Of a stretch of DNA of 64,000 nt, positions 1 through 15,377 are shown piece by piece. The position numbers and the translations under genes were made by a program. The notes beneath the pieces were generated by a model. It worked only from the letters and a program-made list of their open reading frames with translations, was not told where the DNA came from and did no database searches. Origin of the DNA: Octopus vulgaris. Lineage: Eukaryota. Numbering within the stretch: position 1 is the stretch's first letter; each line of letters begins with the position of its first letter. The DNA is taken from assembly GCA_951406725.2 (NCBI GenBank), contig OX597836.1, positions 8,618,001-8,682,000 of the forward strand, read 5' to 3'.

Positions 1-133
1 AAGTTAGCTTCTAACAGAGACACAAAGCCCCACCATCGCAATGTGGAGAACAACAAGAATGTCACATGATGAATCTGAGAACGGTCTTAGATTTCTGTCT
101 GTGTGTGTGTGTAGATGTACGTCTGCATATGCG

Positions 134-180
<47 letters not shown>

Positions 181-304
181 ACAAGCGGCACTCAAACACA
201 TGTAATTAATTAGCTTTCAAAATTCTGTAAATTTTATTTTCTTGTAATCTTCTCGGATAAGACCAATTGCGAACACAGACTTTAAGCGCTAAAAAGTCTC
301 AATG

Positions 305-343
<39 letters not shown>

Positions 344-369
344 CACGCATTTTTGTGCGTGTATGTATA

Positions 370-433
370 AATATGTCTATGTGTGAGATCAAAAACATTC
401 CAACCAAGATTCACACATATACTAAAGACACTT

Positions 434-528
<95 letters not shown>

Positions 529-619
529 ATATGTATATGTATAAATATATACATATATATATATATATATACGTACATATGCATACATATATACGTATAT
601 ATACATACATACATACATA

Positions 620-677
<58 letters not shown>

Positions 678-858
678 ATATATACATACATATATGTATA
701 TATATTCATACATATATATATACATACATTCACACATTCATATGTGTGTGTGCATTCATGTTTGTGTGAGTATGTGAATGAATAATTATATCTATGTTTG
801 AGAGTGTGTGTGATCAAAAACATTCCAACCATGATTCACACATATATTAAAGACACTT

Positions 859-940
<82 letters not shown>

Positions 941-980
941 AATATATATATACATGTATGAGTGTGTGTGTGTGTATATG

Positions 981-1024
<44 letters not shown>

Positions 1025-1200
1025 TACATAAATATATATATATACATTTATGTATATATGTATACATACATATGTATATATGTATACATACATATATTTA
1101 TATATATATAAATATATACATACATATATATATATATATTCATATACATATGCATATATATATATATACATTTGCACACACATATTTATGTGTGTGTGTA
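370..1200. repeat. Tandem duplication of a ~425 bp microsatellite-containing unit
   Basis: The anchor GATCAAAAACATTCCAACCA.GATTCACACATATA.TAAAGACACTTCC occurs at ~387-435 and ~812-860. Each copy is followed by (TA)n and then TG-rich repeats. Confidence 0.8.
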
Positions 1201-1249
1201 TATATTTGTATGTATATGTATATACGTGTGTGTGTGTATATATGTATAG

Positions 1250-1750
<501 letters not shown>

Positions 1751-1841
1751 CGAACAGACAGACAACCATTATGTGTCATTTTATAACGTTTCAAGCAAAC
1801 AACAACGTTCTTTATATCTATCTACATAAATATTTATACAA

Positions 1842-1888
<47 letters not shown>

Positions 1889-1889
<1 letters not shown>

Positions 1890-2276
1890 TCTTTTACTCT
1901 TTTACTTGTTTCAGTCATTTGACTGCGGCCATGCTGGAGCACCGCCTTTAATCGAGCAACTCGACCCCGGGACTTATTCTTTTGTAAGCCCAGTACTTAT
2001 TCTATCGGTCTCTTTTGCCGAACCGCTAAGTGACGGGGACGTAAACACACCAGCATCGGTTGTCAAGCAATGCTAGGGGGACAAACACAGACACACAAAG
2101 ACACACACACACACACACACATATATATACATATATACGACAGGCTTCTTTCAGTTTCCGTCTACCAAATCCACTCGCAAGGCATTGGTCGGCCCGGGGC
2201 TATAGCAGAAGACACTTGCCCAAGATGTCACGCAGTGGGACTGAACCCGCAACCATGTGGTTGGTTAGCAAGCTAC
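1889..2276 (-). mobile_element. SINE family A, nearly full length (head slightly truncated)
   Basis: Near-identical to 12619-13035. Tail (GTAAAAGA)n abuts (TA)n at 1844-1888. Confidence 0.92.
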
Positions 2277-2652
2277 ATATATATACACACAGGTATACGT
2301 GCCTATTGATTTTGTTTTTCGTTCTGTATCCGTTGGCATACATGCACCACCCTCTTAAGAGGCAGGCCACAGGTGTCCTACAGTTACAAACGGGTGAAGG
2401 GGGCTGCGATTCAGTCGTAGGAAGCGGGCGGCTGGAGGCGGGGGTCAGGTGCGATTTGCAGGGGGACTTTATTGTTACTTCTATCAGATTTCGTTACTAT
2501 TTACAGAGTTTCCTTACTGGTTCTCGTCTTGTCTTGGAAAATTTGAACATTCTCATATGAAACTACTGATAGTCCTTCCCAATAAATGCTAACCACAACT
2601 ACAACAACAATTACAACATCCCAATTACAACATCAACAGCAATAATGTAACT

Positions 2653-2801
2653 TTATAGCAAACTCCGATGTTTGGAAAAGAGAGAGTGGTGCAGAGGAAT
2701 CTTGTGGTTTTTTCCTGCAGCGTCCGCAACCTTTGAAGGTCCTTCGAGGCCGGTGAGCTCGATCTTGTTTATGTCTCGTTTAAGCTGCTGCAGATGAACA
2801 C
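2653..2801 (-). CDS. Candidate terminal coding exon of an unidentified host gene (..VHLQQLKRDINKIELTGLEGPSKVADAAGKNHKIPLHHSLFSKHRSLL*)
   Basis: Non-repetitive, higher-GC island with a minus-strand acceptor TCTTTCTTGCAG|G at 2802/2801. Only the phase-1 frame stays open (48 codons to TAA at 2653-2655); the other two frames stop within ~10 codons. No homology recognised. Confidence 0.4.
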
Positions 2802-3183
2802 CTGCAAGAAAGACGCGTAGTAGTAGGAGGAGATCTCAGTGGGATGATGGTACGGGGGAGGAAGGACTGGGTGGGAAGTTAAGGAGAGTTAAGCAATTAA
2901 AGTTGGGCTAGAAAATTGATGGTGAGTGAGTGAAAGGAGAGAGACATCGTAAGAGATAGAGAGAGAAAGAAAGAGAGAAAGAGAGGGGATATGAAGGGAA
3001 AGTGTTAGACAGTGATATTAGGATCGAGATAGACAGATAGATAAATAGATGGGGGAGAGAGAGAGAGAGAAAACAGAGGGAGAGTAAGAAAAGAGAAAGC
3101 AAGGGAGAGTTAGAGAGTTATACTCAGAGAAAGACAGAGAAATTGTGCTAGATATTGATAAATATATACATACATACATACAT

Positions 3184-3233
<50 letters not shown>

Positions 3234-3258
3234 TATGTATGTATATATACATACACAC

Positions 3259-3290
<32 letters not shown>

Positions 3291-3291
<1 letters not shown>

Positions 3292-3371
3292 ATAAATCCC
3301 CAAAAGAACAAACACAAAAAACAACACGAGGACGTGGTACATGCAATGTATTAACAGACGCTCAGGAAAGG

Positions 3372-3374
<3 letters not shown>
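3291..3374 (-). mobile_element. Truncated copy of the TA-embedded hammerhead-bearing repeat (no ribozyme part)
   Basis: AATCC..AAACA..AACAAC.CGAGGACGTGGTACA...GACGCTCAGGAAAG matches 11431-11512 and 34390-34470. Flanked by (TA)n on both sides. Confidence 0.75.
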
Positions 3375-3410
<36 letters not shown>

Positions 3411-3423
3411 CATACATACATCA

Positions 3424-3465
<42 letters not shown>

Positions 3466-3474
3466 CATACATGC

Positions 3475-3508
<34 letters not shown>

Positions 3509-3651
3509 ATGTATATATATATATTTACAGAGAGAGAGAGAGGGATTAACCTTATCTATTCATTATTCTTGACGTAGATTAGACGAAATAGAAATAAAGG
3601 TAGACATACACACACACGTATACACCTGCGCAAATACCCACACAATCCCAA

Positions 3652-3719
<68 letters not shown>

Positions 3720-4109
3720 ACACACAGATAGACAAAGTCCGCAGAGATACAAGAAGAGCAACTGGTCGCACACACACGATAATCATATGTATATGTTTAT
3801 TGTGTGTGTGTGTATGTGTGTTTGTGTGTGTATTATGTGCTCGTGTGTAAAGGTGTGTAAAAGGTGGGAAAAAATGTACAAATTACAAACTGCAAAGAAA
3901 TATTGAAAAACGTCCGTCAAGCTTGTTGGTAACTGAATACTTTGTGACTTTTCAAATCCCGCCATTTTTAACAGATCGTCTTCTAGGGTTAAATTTCCTT
4001 TTGTTCAGCTCCGCTGCTATTCAGTAGAAGTCCGCTGACGTCGGCTTTTTGATGCCAAGAAACGAAAGAAATAAACGCCATCTTTTTTTTTTTTCAGAAA
4101 AACGATTAT

Positions 4110-4410
<301 letters not shown>

Positions 4411-4620
4411 AAGCAAAGAAAATCGACGTATCTAAATAATAAAGAATTTGATGGCGGTGACGACAGGTAGGGGCCATTGAAAACTTGTTGATGAAACCTT
4501 GTTGGTAAAAAAAAAAAGAAAAAAAAGTGGGGTACGCAAATTTAAAAAGCAATTTAGTCAGATGAAGGATATTAAATTATAGAGACAGCACAAGCAAACG
4601 TAACCCTACAACCACCACCA

Positions 4621-4668
<48 letters not shown>

Positions 4669-4899
4669 GCGGCAACACAACCGTCGCCGCCACTGCCACG
4701 ACAATTCACATTTACTGCCCAACCTACCCGAATCAACTCCACCCACACGAGGCCCCTACCAAAGCGAATTAAAAAGAATGAAAAAAAAGGAATTCTAATA
4801 TGCCAAACCTAATTGTTATTGATAATGATGGCGTTTATTATTATTATTATTGATGTTGTTGTTGATGTTGTTGTTGTTATTATTACTATCATTTTATAA

Positions 4900-5510
4900 T
4901 CATCTTCTTACAATTCTGTTTCCATTTCTTGCTGAGTGTCTTCCTGACACCTAGGGCATAGAAACGCACTTTATTTATTTATTTATTTATTTCTTCTTCT
5001 TCAGAAGTTTAAGTTGATGTTATGGCTAGGGTACCATACTTTTGGTTTTGCACAGAATATTTTTCTAGGGGATGTCTGTCAATGCATAAGAAAATTAGAA
5101 CTTTGTTTTAAAAGTAATCTGGTGAGAAGATGATTGTGTGATCTTAAGATGACCGTAAAAGGTATTTGCTATTAAGTACATTCAAAAATATTTTTGACAA
5201 TGTTTACAAATTAAGATGTTTTTAGAATTACATAGACAACATTTTTCGCAGGATATGAAGAGTTCCCATGAACGTTATTTTAAAAATTTCCTGGTATCTG
5301 GGATTCGTAGCAATCAACATCTTTTGCTATCATTCCTAGGACACTTATGACATTAGGTATGGTTTTAGTCTTGAGGTTCCACATTTTGCCAATTTCTATT
5401 TCAAGGTCTTTATATCTACTCGCCTTTTAGTAGGTCTTGACAGATATATTTATGTTTATTGGGACAGTAATATCGATGAGGAGGCATGATTTTTGTCTGA
5501 AATCCTTCAA
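4900..5510 (-). mobile_element. 5'-truncated, decayed RLE non-LTR retrotransposon (R4/Dong-like), ORF end 5228-5510 plus probable 3'UTR
   Basis: Minus-strand translation LKDFRQKSCLLIDITVPININISVKTY*KASRYKDLEIEIGKMWNLKTKTIPNVISVLGMI...GTLHILRKMLSM* is homologous to 22814-23174. The 3' side runs into degenerate TTA/TTG repeats at ~4835-4900. Confidence 0.85.
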
Positions 5511-6301
5511 TATATCTTTCTGTCAGCATGGGCGCAGTCTAAAGCCTGAAATATATAAAAGATAAAAGATATACTCATTCGTGAAGTCTCCCTTTTCAAC
5601 CTGTTTCGCTGTCTGTTGCCCTTCTGTTTCTGATCCTTTAGGATTTCCCCCTTAGCGTTACCCATATTTCGTCTTCATCTAACCCTAAGGCTACATTCTG
5701 TTTGTTTGCTTATTGTCTTTTTTCCCCTCGTCCGTCCACTAACTGTGTCGTCTTGAATTACATTTATTCATTTTCGTATGTCCGCTTCTGTGTTGCTTCT
5801 TATCCATATATTGTTTGTCTATTCTCGGTCCCATTCTCCTGGCGATTCTGGCCGGTTTCACCAGAAAGAATGAATGTTATCGTTAAAGACACGAAATTGC
5901 GTTTGATTCTCAGGCCGATAACTGATGTGGAGTTTGGCGACCTTCTGTGTCTGCTTTCCGTTCGTCTGTGCATTTACTATATATTTTTAACTTGCCATTC
6001 TGTGTCTGATTTTCGTTTGTGAATTTTCTATACGTTTGTTAACTTATTAATAAAGGGAAAGAATCGTACCCTCGGATTATATATATATAACTTTTGTATC
6101 TCTATTTATCTATCTATGTGTATATTTCTCTTTCTGTATACAAACATACATACATACATACATGCCTACATACGTACATATATATACATGCATGCATGTA
6201 TTTAAATACACAGATCTCAACTAATTTCTTCATACAATGTTGTTATTGTTTTATTTATAAATGCATGAGTATGTATATACACATATACACATGCATGTAT
6301 A

Positions 6302-6368
<67 letters not shown>

Positions 6369-6374
6369 GTATAC

Positions 6375-6442
<68 letters not shown>

Positions 6443-7508
6443 TGTATATATTCTTCTTTCCAGCAATTGGTATTATTCACATGTTTAAGCCTAGCTAATA
6501 TGTATATTAAAGGAAAGATAGCATCTATAATCTATATACACTCTGTCTATATTTACTAAAATTAACATCAATTCTACGTGCTGAATGCATGAAAACGATT
6601 TTTATTTAATATGTTGTTGATTTTGTTGTTGTTGTCCTTTCTACCGCCGTTTTCAACATTCCCCAAGGCAGTAGTCACGTGATGACACAATGGCCTGCGG
6701 TGCATTGCTTTACTTTCCTTTTGGTGCCGGGTTTCGAATCTCACTGAAGTCTATCTTGTTTTTTTTTTATTCTTCAGAAGTCAATATACTGATATTGGAT
6801 CTAATCGTTTAAACTGGTGGGTTCAGAAGCACAGTATGAACCTTTAGTTGAGAATTTCGCTTCCTAGCCTCGTGGTGCAAGGTTCAATCCAGTTGCGTGA
6901 CATTGCAGCTGAAATTGGTTACACGGAAACTGTATAGAATCCCATTCAATATATTTGTGGCTGTCTTTCAAAATTTGTTCCCTTGTGGAAGTGTATTCTG
7001 CTCCCACGTTTTTTTTGGCAGAAATCTGCCAAAAACCTTAGCAGCGGAATCATTGTAAATATTTCCTCCCTAATGATGATACGAATATATTTAAATATCT
7101 AACTTGTCCTTTATGCTTGAAGTCTATGCGGTCATCTGATGAGAACGATTTTATTTGTAATGATGTAAAGCTTTCATTGATCTATTAAAGGAGTCGCTCG
7201 AAACGGCCGTAATGTATTGACAACTTATACATCTTTGGTACTCATTTATATTTTACTCACCTACCCTGGGATCTGCACTTTGGAAGTATTTGGAAAATAT
7301 CTTTATATAAAAGACATGTCTAAACAAACAAGAGCGGACTTATTCACTAAGTTGGATCATGCCATCTGCATGTACACTGCAGGAATATCAGGTGGGAAAA
7401 ATTCTATCTAGAATTTGATACTCACCTAATATTGTTTGAGTGTGAAAATAAGTTCATCGTAACAAGGAACCTCAATTTCAGTACCTAATTCAACTGAATC
7501 TAAATTAC

Positions 7509-7598
<90 letters not shown>

Positions 7599-7828
7599 TA
7601 TATATAATATGTATATATGCATATATACATACATATATATGCATATACACATGCATATATATCTAAGTATGTACATGTATGTATGTATATATATATGCAT
7701 ATCTATATACATATATATATATTATTTATATTATTATATGATCGAACGCCATGTATCCATTTCCAAGTAAATTTTATGTATGTATGTATGTATGTATGTA
7801 TGCATGTATGTATGTATGTATATGTATG

Positions 7829-7902
<74 letters not shown>

Positions 7903-7904
<2 letters not shown>

Positions 7905-8195
7905 ACGACCACCTTAGAGCAAGCTGAGGAACTTCTAGACCGGTTTTCCGGCCTTGGGCTTGACGATCACCATTAAGAAGACAGACGTCATCCACCAACC
8001 TTGCCCCACACCTAAGCAAATTCGGGGCATAAAGTAGAGGCCGCCTGACACTCCTGTACAAATTGACAGGAAAGAACCTAAAGTATGTGAAGGCATTTAC
8101 GTATCTTAGTAGTGAGGTGAGCTCGAACGATTCCCTTTACTGATAACATTTCTCAACCGTCTTGCGAAAGCAACCAAAGCATTTTGCAAATTCCA
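7903..8195 (+). mobile_element. RTE-clade LINE reverse-transcriptase fragment (frameshifted)
   Basis: Segments [12 protein letters not shown] / [16 protein letters not shown] / [17 protein letters not shown] / NRLAKATKAF resemble the RTE RT region GLTIS.KKT.V...F.YLGS...RI.KA..AF. Confidence 0.75.
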
Positions 8196-8239
8196 GGCGT
8201 GGTTTTGCGGTTAGAAGGTTGCTACCCAATCACACGGTG

Positions 8240-9155
8240 AGTGTATCCTGATAGATTTTATTTTTCTCTGGAAACAGTTCCACAACCATAGGATGAATTT
8301 GGTCAGATAAAATGCTTAAACAGTCTTCACTATTAATTCTGCCACGAAGGGAAACCATTGGGTCGGCGGATTTCCAAGATACAGCCCCTGCCCCCAGATC
8401 ATCACAGATCCTCCTCTATGTTTAACAGATGGAAGAAAGCAGCTGGGCCAAATGCTTCTTTTGGCTGTCTCCACACATATGCTTGGTCGGTGGTCGGAAA
8501 TAAGGTAAAGGATGACTCGTCCGAGAAAATATCATTCTTCCACTGCTCTAGGGACCAATTCTGTAGGTTTTTACTCTACTCTAAACGCTTTGCAACATTT
8601 ATTTTTATAAGTAATGGTTTTCTGATTGCAGCCATCCAGTGAAATCCGGCTTTGTGCAGCCCCCGGCGAACAGTTTTTGTGGAAACTGGATTCTCGAGGT
8701 TGTCATTAAGCTCTGCAGTAATTTTGGGAGCTGTACTTTTGTGATCTTTTCTAACAATTCGCGTAAGAGTCCGACAGTTCCTATCTGAAAGTTTTGGTTT
8801 TCTTCCGGAGTTTTGTTTCGACGAGGAGGTTTTTCCGTCTTTCTTAAAGGCTGTCATTACTTTCGAGACAGTACTTCTTGATACACCAAACATTTCGGCT
8901 GCTTTCGTTACGCTAGCGCCTGCCATATGAGCACCAACAATTTAACCTCTTTGAAAGTCCGATAGATCTGTCATTTTAATGAATTTTAATTACCTGATAT
9001 CTGAAAAGCAACAGCAATTTTATCAAAACATATTAAGCAACACTAATAATAAATGAAAAAAACCTAAAAATAAACTAGCTTTTGATGGTTTTATAGATGT
9101 TTCAAAATTATGATGCTATGATGCTAGGTGTTTCCATTATTTTGTCCAACCCCTG
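8240..9155 (-). mobile_element. Tc1-family DNA transposon, 3'-truncated, pseudogenised transposase
   Basis: Terminus TA|CAGGGGTTGGACAAAATAATGGAAACACCT at 9155. ATG at 8974: MTDLSDFQRG*IVGAHMAGASVTKAAEMFGVSRSTVSKV...SGRKPKLSDR...VSTKTVRRGLHKAGF...RKPLL. After frameshifts: IFSDESSF, SVMIWG and IYQD (first two catalytic Asp motifs). Confidence 0.92.
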
Positions 9156-9163
9156 TATATATA

Positions 9164-9215
9164 CTCTTTTACTCGTTTCAGCCATGTGGTTGAGGTCATG
9201 CTGGGGCACCACTGT

Positions 9216-9280
<65 letters not shown>

Positions 9281-9720
9281 ACTGCGGCATGCTGACACCG
9301 CCTTTAGTCGAGCAATCGACCGGGACTTATTCTTTGTAAGCCCAGTGCTTATTCTATCGGTCTCTTTTGCCGAACCGCTATAAACACACCAGCATCGGTT
9401 GTCAAGCAATGCTAGGAGAAACACAGACACACAAACACACACACACATATACATATATATATATACATATATACGACAGGCTTCTTTCAGTTCTATCCAC
9501 CACAAGGCGTTGGTCGGCCCGGGCTAGCAGAAGACACTTGCCCAAGATGCTGGACTGAACCCGAACCATGTGGTTGGTTAGCAAGCTACTTACCACTTAT
9601 TTTACATTTTTCAGCCATTTGATTGCGGCCATGCTGGTGCACCGCCTTTAGTTAAACAAATCGATCCCAGGACTTATTCTTTGCAAGCCTGGTACTTATC
9701 CTATCGGCGTCTTTTGCCGA
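9164..9720 (-). mobile_element. Cluster of SINE family A pieces (tail 9164-9215, multiply deleted copy ~9277-9596, tail ~9600-9720)
   Basis: Family A motifs (GACTGCGGC..ATGCTG, TATTCTATCGGTCTCTTTTGCCGAACCGCTA, GAAGACACTTGCCCAAGATG) with many small deletions, interrupted by (TA)n. Confidence 0.85.
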
Positions 9721-9905
9721 TAGAATACTGGAGTTCAAACATTGCTGGCCTTGTGCCAGAATAAGAAAAGAACATTTCTTATTAGATGTCAAATATATGT
9801 GTATAACAGACAACTTGATATGCTAGAAATAGTAAACTAGTTTCTTTTTAATTCTCACTTTACAATCTTACCGAAGGACGGAAGCATTAAATAACACATT
9901 CACTC

Positions 9906-10500
9906 CGGTTAATATGCTGTTAACCGTCGTAAAAAAAAAGTATGTTGCGATATATACTGGAAATGCCGATAGTAATATGCCAAAATTTCACACAAGGGGC
10001 ATGCCTCTTTCACAGACACCAACTTGTAAGGTAGATTCTAGCGATGTGCTAAGCATTTCAGAAATTGCAGCCGAGAGGCACACAGGAAAATGCTGCTGGT
10101 TTGAGATTCCCGATCGCACGTGCAAATCAGTTTGGATCATTCTAAGCTATTGCATATTTCCCCCAACACGTTTGATATCCGATGAGTGGGCTTCCTATAT
10201 GGATCTCGAGAACGTCTATACTCATGAAGTTATCAAATATTTACTCAATTGTGTTGATTCAAATGATGACAGCATCGAAATACAGGCTATAGCAGGGTTA
10301 TGGGTGCTCACTAAGAAATGTGAGACAAGTGGTTTGCATTATGTCTTCCCTGAGCATGTGAAGTGAAACAAATTCAGAAACGGTGAACATTAAATTATCG
10401 GATTCCACTTTCGTGACCTCCGATTTCTATTATACTTTACTTTCATTGTTTTAGGACAATTAATTTTCACTTTTTACAAAGGTAAGCTGCATATTAACCG
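9906..10500 (+). mobile_element. Internally deleted Merlin/IS1016(ISXO2)-like DNA transposon
   Basis: ~30 bp TIRs: CGGTTAATATGCTGTTAACCGTCGTAAAAA versus the reverse complement CGGTTAATATGCAGCTTACCTTTGTAAAAA. Flanks ACATTCACTC / ACATTCCTTC (8/10, possible decayed TSD). ORF 9914-10366 contains IPDRT...RLISDEWASY..L..YTHEVI....NCVD......IQAIAGLW, matching Merlin DDE motifs (SDEW.AY, H..VNH...FVD, TQ.IE..W). Confidence 0.8.
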
Positions 10501-11065
10501 ACATTCCTTCCTTTATGTAGTGGATGGTTACCATTTCCTGGATAATATATTTTGACAAAATGTCGACTGGAAAATATCTGCTGATCTAGGGAAAAAAACG
10601 ACAGTATCATTTTACAAATGCTTACGCAGACGACACCGTTGAATGTTAGTTAAATGGCTATGAATATAACGCTCTATCGTTCACTCACTTAATCAGATGA
10701 ACATAAAACAGCAGAAAGGAAATGCTCGTTTAATTCACTGTTAAAACCTTATTGACTTCAATGATTTAAACAACTGAAAAAGTACTTTTCAGTGATTTCA
10801 GTGACCCTTAAACACGTATTTATTTACACACCAAACAATGGTAATCTAGAGGAGGTCGTTTACTGACAATGAGTACAAGCAGACAAATGGCAGACGTTAA
10901 GAAATCTTAAACAATATTTCTGTTGGAGCGGTGATTTATTCATTCAGCAGACGATTGCTAAAATGAGGGTGGGGGGTCACTTAAAACATGGACGAAGTTT
11001 AACGTAGAAACGTCATTCGCATCACACGCAGAAACTGGTGCCATTACACATATATACACTCGTTC

Positions 11066-11125
<60 letters not shown>

Positions 11126-11339
11126 TGTGTACGTGTGCCTGTGCACACATATACATAGAAATAAAATATATGTGCTTGTATGTATGTATGTATGTATGTA
11201 TGTATGTATTTTTACGATATTACAATCCAGACGTTGGTAAGATGTCACCACGATTCTACGTTTGAAAGGTAATTGTGAAAGTATGCGTATGTCTGCATGT
11301 GTATTGTCTCACATCAGTGATACACAAACACACACAAAC

Positions 11340-11407
<68 letters not shown>

Positions 11408-11430
11408 GTGTATATATATATATATATATA

Positions 11431-11628
11431 GTTAATCCAAACATAAACAAAGAGAAAACAACAACTCGAGGACGTGGTACAAGTATAGTGTTATTGGACG
11501 CTCAGGAAAAGAAAGAAAGAAGGAGGATTTAACGTTTCGAGCGGAGCTCTTCGTCAGAAATATAGAAAAAGGAAAAGTCCAAGGAAGGGAAGACGGAGAA
11601 AGAAAATCGCCAACTATACACACGTGGT

Positions 11629-11630
<2 letters not shown>
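11431..11630 (-). mobile_element. Short Penelope-pLTR-like repeat carrying a minimal hammerhead motif
   Basis: Homologous to 3291-3374, 34390-34546 and 42610-42793. Sits between (TA)n and (CA)n arrays. Confidence 0.7.
11527..11561 (-). ncRNA. Minimal type-I hammerhead ribozyme motif
   Basis: Minus strand ATTT-CTGACGA-A-GAGC-TCC-GCTC-GAAA-CGTT-AAAT: helix I ATTT/AAAT, CUGANGA core, helix II GAGC/GCTC, GAAA, and palindromic ACGT in place of helix III. Confidence 0.65.
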
Positions 11631-11683
<53 letters not shown>

Positions 11684-12577
11684 ACACATATATATATATA
11701 TATAATAATATATACATATATATATATATACATATATATATACATATATATATATAATAATATATACACACACATATACATAGAGAAAGAGATTGATAGA
11801 TATATACATCGATAGACGAACAGATAGGTAGATAGCTTAAATGTTTACTTGCATACATGCATATATGTGCATATATATGCACTTATGTATGGATATGTGT
11901 GTGTGAGTGTATATGTATGTATGTATATATATGTGTGTATGTGTGTATGTGTATATACGTATATACCTACACACACGTGTGAGTCTATGTGTGTGTGTGT
12001 GTGCACGTGTATATATGGGTACGCTGTGCAATGCGTGTGGGTGTGTGTAAATCTTCATAAAGTCGACATTTAAAAAACAGGTGTGATACAATAAAATCAA
12101 CGACAAAACTCACAAAAACAAACAACCCAAACACACCTACATTAATATACATACATACATAGATATATGTGTATATCAATAGATAATATCGTTTAATCCC
12201 GTGGGATTAAAAACTGATCTCAGCGCAGGAGGTAGACCTATTAAAGGTAGTCAATAATGTAGCCCACTTCAAGCAGACAATAGGAGTGTATTGTGAGAGA
12301 CGTAACTTCCGCGGACACGTCGGACTTCTGTCGAGTGATTCGACGACCCAACACGGACGAAATCATTGCAGGAGGTGACCATTCTTTCAAGCCCTAATCT
12401 GGCCGCCATAAATATTTGGGTCTTTAGAGTTCTTTTTTTTTCTTTTCCCCCTCCTCCTCTGCTGTCACTTCCTGCATACACGCACGTACGTGCGTGCGAG
12501 TGCGCGCGCTCACACAGAATCAAAATATCTATCTGGTCATGTTATCAACATCTGCCTCTCCTTCCTCCCACACCCTC

Positions 12578-12618
<41 letters not shown>

Positions 12619-12619
<1 letters not shown>

Positions 12620-13031
12620 TCTTTTCTCTTTTACTCTTTTACTTGTTTCAGTCATTTGACTGCGGCCATGCTGGAGCACCGCCTTTAGTCGAGCAACTCG
12701 ACCCCGGGACTTATTCTTTTTTGTAAGCCCAGTAATTATTCTATCGGTCTCTTTTTGCCGAACCGCTATGTGACGGGGACGTAAACACACCACCATCGGT
12801 TGTCAAGCAATGCTAGGGGGACAAACACAGACACACAAACAAACACACATACATATATATATATACATATATATGACAGGCTTCTTTCAGTTTCCGTCTA
12901 CCAAATCCACTCACAAGGCTTTGGTCGGCCCGAGGCTATAGCAGAAGACACTTGCCCAAGATGCCACGCAGTGGAACTGAACCCGGAACCATGTGGTTGG
13001 TTAGCAAGCTACTTACCACACAGCCACTCCT

Positions 13032-13035
<4 letters not shown>
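12619..13035 (-). mobile_element. SINE family A, full length
   Basis: Head GCGCAGGAGTGGCTGTGTGGTAAG with box A-like TGGCTGTGTGG and box B-like GGTTCAGTTCC. CORE-like CTTGGGCAAGTGTCTT, internal (TA)/(TG) tract, LINE-like tail. (TA)n on both flanks. Confidence 0.95.
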
Positions 13036-13092
<57 letters not shown>

Positions 13093-13352
13093 CATGTATG
13101 TATTTATCTATGTGGTTCTCTCTCTCTCACACACACTCAAACACATGCATCTCCAAATTTATAACTTGAGTGCGTGACGCGTGTGTATGTGTGTATTTGT
13201 ACGTGTGTGTGTGAGAGAGAGAAAGGGTGAAGGAGAGAGAGAGAGAGAGTGTGTGTGTGTGTTGTGTAATGTGCGCATTCTCAGATAGATAAAACGTAAA
13301 TATATAGAGATAAACGGTTACCTACAGTGATAGATAATAAAACGGATGTGAT

Positions 13353-13405
<53 letters not shown>

Positions 13406-13560
13406 GGGTGTATGGATAGATAGATGGATGGATAGACAGACAGACGGATGGATGGAAGGATGGATGGGTAGCTCGATAGCCAGGTAGCTAGATAGCTAGT
13501 TAATTAGTTATTTAATTAGTTAGGTAGGTAGCTAGTTAGATATTAATTTAGCTAGCAAGG
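13353..13560. repeat. (GATA)n / (GGAT)n / (TAGC,TAGT) compound tetranucleotide microsatellite
   Basis: Direct inspection. Confidence 0.9.
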
Positions 13561-13632
13561 TTGCAAATCAGTTAGATAAACGAGAAGACTGATGAACATA
13601 CAGATAGACAGACAACTATATATATGCACATA

Positions 13633-14583
<951 letters not shown>

Positions 14584-15061
14584 ATATATATATATATATA
14601 TATATATATTTACATATCATATCCTCCTTTCCGTGCTGTATTTTTCAGTACAGTAGCTCGTCAAAGTCTGTAAGGTTTTTTAAATTTTTATTTTATTCCC
14701 TTTGCAAACTTGATTGATTGGAAAGGGGTTCCTAGTCGCTCACTCGGTGCCCATCCATTTTCTTTAAATAAAGGACCACTGATAACCAGCCAGCCCCACC
14801 CTCCAACCCCTGTCACTCAAGCGTCTCAGAACGCGGTGTAAGCGATTTTGAATGACTGACAGAAAAAGAGAGCTGGAACACACGCTCCTTGTCTCTGCCT
14901 CTCTCTCTCTGTCTCTTTCCCTCTTCTTCTCACATACACATATACCCACACATATACACTCACAACTACACTCATAAATATGTTTGCTTGAGCATGCATC
15001 TATGTAAATATATCATGTAAACGATGTGTCACATAAAAGCAAATCAAGATATGTATGTATG

Positions 15062-15104
<43 letters not shown>

Positions 15105-15346
15105 CATGCACTTATATATGTGTTTATATATATATACACTTATATATGTGTGTATATATATATACACACACACATATATATATATATATACACACACATA
15201 TATGTATGTATACATATATATATCAATCATATACATACATATATATTTTGTGTTAAAATATATATTTGCTTTAACACCACGTGATATTCCCTTCTCATTG
15301 CCTTTGATTTTTCACACACACCCTTACCTTCAGCTCTCTTTTCTTC

Positions 15347-15377
<31 letters not shown>

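Noticed and set aside
2060-2560. Recurrent ORFs such as ..[33 protein letters not shown]
   Set aside because: Antisense translations of SINE family A; the recurrence reflects SINE copy number.
5560-6080. Pyrimidine-rich island ending AATAAA...(TA)n; possible Penelope terminus or 106 aa ORF
   Set aside because: No convincing hammerhead core or protein motif; left unassigned.
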